From positions 1 to 27,109 of IMG/VR virus record IMGVR_UViG_3300015201_000010: a stretch of DNA of 27,109 nucleotides; one strand, given 5' to 3'. Both the position numbers and the translations under genes were made by a program. The notes under the pieces are model-generated. The model was not told the origin of the DNA. It searched no databases and saw only the letters and a program-made list of their open reading frames with translations. Source of the DNA: a virus. Lineage: Duplodnaviria; Caudoviricetes. Shown here in pieces: positions 24,958-27,109 of the stretch; position 1 is the first letter of the stretch; each line of letters begins with the position of its first letter.

Positions 24958-25137
24958 ATGCAGAAAAATAATTATTATTTAGGAAAAATAAGATATAGAA
25001 CTAATGTAAAGTGGAATGAGATAGATAAACTAATAGAAGCCAATGATATACAAGAAGCCGAAAAGAAATTACATAGTTGGGGATTAGAAAATGTAGGTAC
25101 AAAAGATTTTTTAATAATAGTAACAGAAACTTTATGA
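24958..25137 (+). CDS. hypothetical protein (59 aa, below the track cutoff)
   Basis: MQKNNYYLGKIRYR...; ATGA overlap with the next gene. Confidence 0.65.
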   Translation: MQKNNYYLGKIRYRTNVKWNEIDKLIEANDIQEAEKKLHSWGLENVGTKDFLIIVTETL

Positions 25138-25391
25138 GTGAATTCAAGAATTACAGGAGAAGTCAGATTGCAGAAATTAGAGAAGTGACACAAGAAGATA
25201 TAAATCAGTATGCTTCAAAAAATTACATAAATATATTTGGATGGCAATATGTAGTTTCTATTTCAAATGCTGATGAGAAAAATGGAAGTCCCAAGATAGG
25301 AGATATGATTGGAAGAAACCCTAAAAATCATAATGATCAGTGGTTAATAGCAGAACAATATTTTAAAGATAATTTTGAGGAAATAGAATGA
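25134..25391 (+). CDS. hypothetical phage protein (start revised to ATG 25134)
   Basis: MSEFKNYRR...GSPKIGDMIGRNPKNHNDQWL...YF.DNFE. Confidence 0.75.
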   Translation: MSEFKNYRRSQIAEIREVTQEDINQYASKNYINIFGWQYVVSISNADEKNGSPKIGDMIGRNPKNHNDQWLIAEQYFKDNFEEIE

Positions 25392-25621
25392 AAAACATAA
25401 AAGAGATATCTGTAGATTTATATTACATTCCAGCAGGTATAACAGTTTTTATAGTAGGACTTATTACAATTATATATTTACTTTTAAAACATGGACTTAT
25501 TGGAATACTAGATACTAGCAGTGAAGAATTTTGGGAAGGTTTATTTAAATATGTAGATCCTTATATGGAATATTACAACTTAGCAATTTGGCTAATTATA
25601 ATCTATAACATGTTATTTTAA
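25388..25621 (+). CDS. small membrane protein
   Basis: Hydrophobic segments; ATGA overlap. Confidence 0.65.
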   Translation: MKNIKEISVDLYYIPAGITVFIVGLITIIYLLLKHGLIGILDTSSEEFWEGLFKYVDPYMEYYNLAIWLIIIYNMLF

Positions 25622-25652
25622 AATCGCGCAAAAAAACTTAAAAAACAGAAAA

Positions 25653-25820
25653 ATGATAGAAAAGAAACAAGCAAAAAATGGACATTACTATTTTGTAGTA
25701 AAAGCTTATAACGGTCAAATAATAGTTTCAAGTGAACTTTATGCATCTGAAGCAGCAAGAGATAATGGAATAGCTTCTTTAAAGAGAATTGTAGAAGGAG
25801 AAATGTTTTCAGAAAATTAA
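25653..25820 (+). CDS. YegP/DUF1508-family protein (55 aa, below the track cutoff)
   Basis: MIEKKQAKNGHYYFVVKAYNGQIIVSSELYASEAARDNGIASLK matches G.Y.F.LKA.NG.II..SE.Y.S......GI.SVK. Confidence 0.8.
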   Translation: MIEKKQAKNGHYYFVVKAYNGQIIVSSELYASEAARDNGIASLKRIVEGEMFSEN

Positions 25821-25837
25821 AAACAAAAGATAACAAT

Positions 25838-26653
25838 ATGAATTATTACTTAGATACAGAATTCCTAGAGGGAAAACAAAAAGAAAATTTCCCAATAAAT
25901 TTATTTAGAAAATACACACCTAATACAATTGATTTAATTTCAATTGGGATTGTAGCAGAGGATGGGCGCGAATATTATACAATTTCAAAAGATTTCAACA
26001 TAAAAGAAGCATGGAATAGATTTCAATTAGAACAACAATCAGGAGATATGAGAAATCAATTTCCAGAAGGTAAAAAAGTTTATTGGATTCGTGAAAATGT
26101 ACTGAGACCAATTTATAGTGAATTAAACACAAAAGAATGGAATACATATCAAAAAGCTAAAAGTTTAGGTATAAATACTAAAACACCAGTTTTTAAGTTT
26201 ACATATAAAGAATTTAAAAGATTAATTAAAAAGTACGGGAAAACTAATAAACAAATAAAAACAGAGATTTCACAGTTTACTTTAGACCCTAATGAAGAGC
26301 TATATAATGAGTGGTTAGGCACCAGCGATGAGTATTTTGAAATCTTATTAAATGAAGAGGGCACTAAGGCAGAGTTTTATGCATACTATGCAGATTACGA
26401 TTGGGTTGTCTTCTGTTGGTTATTTGGAAATATGATGAACCTCCCAAAAAGCTTTCCAATGTATTGTAATGATTTAAAACAACTATTAGATGAAGAATAT
26501 AGGCTTGTAGGGAATTATAAATTAGGTTTAAAAGCACATCCAAATTTTCCAAAACAAAAAAATGAACACAATGCTTTATCAGATGCTAGGTGGAATAAGA
26601 GTCTACATGATTTTCTAATACATACTTCTGCTAAAATTAATGAGAACAATTAA
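25838..26653 (+). CDS. DEDDh 3'-5' exoribonuclease (Rv2179c/DUF5051-like)
   Basis: YYLDTEF, LISIGIV.EDGREYY, YDWVVFCWLFG, DLKQ, HNALSDARW. Confidence 0.85.
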   Translation: MNYYLDTEFLEGKQKENFPINLFRKYTPNTIDLISIGIVAEDGREYYTISKDFNIKEAWNRFQLEQQSGDMRNQFPEGKKVYWIRENVLRPIYSELNTKEWNTYQKAKSLGINTKTPVFKFTYKEFKRLIKKYGKTNKQIKTEISQFTLDPNEELYNEWLGTSDEYFEILLNEEGTKAEFYAYYADYDWVVFCWLFGNMMNLPKSFPMYCNDLKQLLDEEYRLVGNYKLGLKAHPNFPKQKNEHNALSDARWNKSLHDFLIHTSAKINENN

Positions 26654-26664
26654 AAATAAATAAA

Positions 26665-26922
26665 ATGGATAAACAAATATATAGATTAAGTGAAGTAGAA
26701 GACACAGGAGAGTTTGAATTTTTTGTGTGTGGTACTAATGATGTAGAACCTTATATACCTCTCAAAACAATAGGAGCTGTATTTTTAAAAGATGGTGATC
26801 AAGTAAACTTTGATTTTGACGAACAAGATATAGACAGTTTAATAAAATATCTGTCCGATGCAAAAGAGTACATTGAAAAGTATAATTTAGAGTCTAGAAG
26901 TAAATTCGCGGAAAAAGAATGA
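26665..26922 (+). CDS. hypothetical protein
   Basis: 85-aa ORF. Confidence 0.7.
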   Translation: MDKQIYRLSEVEDTGEFEFFVCGTNDVEPYIPLKTIGAVFLKDGDQVNFDFDEQDIDSLIKYLSDAKEYIEKYNLESRSKFAEKE

Positions 26923-27109
26923 AAGAAAAGATAATAGCTTTACTAAAAGAATACAAAGCAAAAGATATTGAAGAGGATGAAGACTCTATAGGATTTACAA
27001 TAAAACAAATAACAGCAGGAATTCAAATAGAAGAAAATGAATGTCAGTATTGGATAAAAGAAGTACAAGGAGTTGATCTTCCAGATTCGTATTATTTAAA
27101 TATGGTAAA
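26919..27109 (+). CDS. hypothetical protein, partial (runs off the right end)
   Basis: ATGA overlap; MKEKIIALLKEYKAKDIEEDED... is open to the window end. Confidence 0.7.
   Translation, partial: MKEKIIALLKEYKAKDIEEDEDSIGFTIKQITAGIQIEENECQYWIKEVQGVDLPDSYYLNMV

Noticed and set aside
7550-26552. Short minus-strand ORFs in the rightward arm (7550, 9784, 14383, 17638, 19656, 21042, 22941, 24587, 24975, 25618, 26149, 26364) and the alternative-frame ORF 8946-9140
   Set aside because: They overlap better-supported, tightly coupled plus-strand genes and show no motifs.
1-27109. Stop-codon reassignment, as in some Bacteroidota phages
   Set aside because: Conserved genes (groEL, recA, phoH, AAA) are full length in the standard code, and TAA, TAG and TGA all end genes at tight junctions.

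Overview
This very AT-rich, gene-dense window looks like part of a large tailed phage genome, probably infecting Bacteroidota (Flavobacteriia-like). The host call rests on repeated TTTG-N19/20-TAnnTTTG promoters, A-rich starts mostly lacking Shine-Dalgarno sites, a DUF1573-like gene and a DLPF protein tail. Genes run leftward from about 5.7 kb (wHTH, HU-like, GroEL, DUF1573-like, GIY-YIG homing endonuclease). They run rightward after that point: a Pol A/T7-RNAP-like palm protein, HNH, a stand-alone ligase Ia domain, NinG-RecA, GIY-YIG, PhoH, DUF5664, SSB-like, GroES-like, spanin-like, BCS1-like AAA next to ClpP-like, NADAR-like, YegP-like, a DEDDh exonuclease and many small hypotheticals. No tRNA, rRNA, CRISPR array or virion structural gene was recognised. 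Three signals are not explained by the gene list: (1) a self-contained, roughly 320-nt structured RNA after phoH; (2) a roughly 290-nt structured leader with a predicted pseudoknot in front of the polymerase-like gene; (3) a dispersed TTTT-(C/G)4-5-AAAA quasi-palindrome found between genes and also written into coding sequence with rare GC-rich codons. All family calls come from reading motifs by eye, not from database searches.
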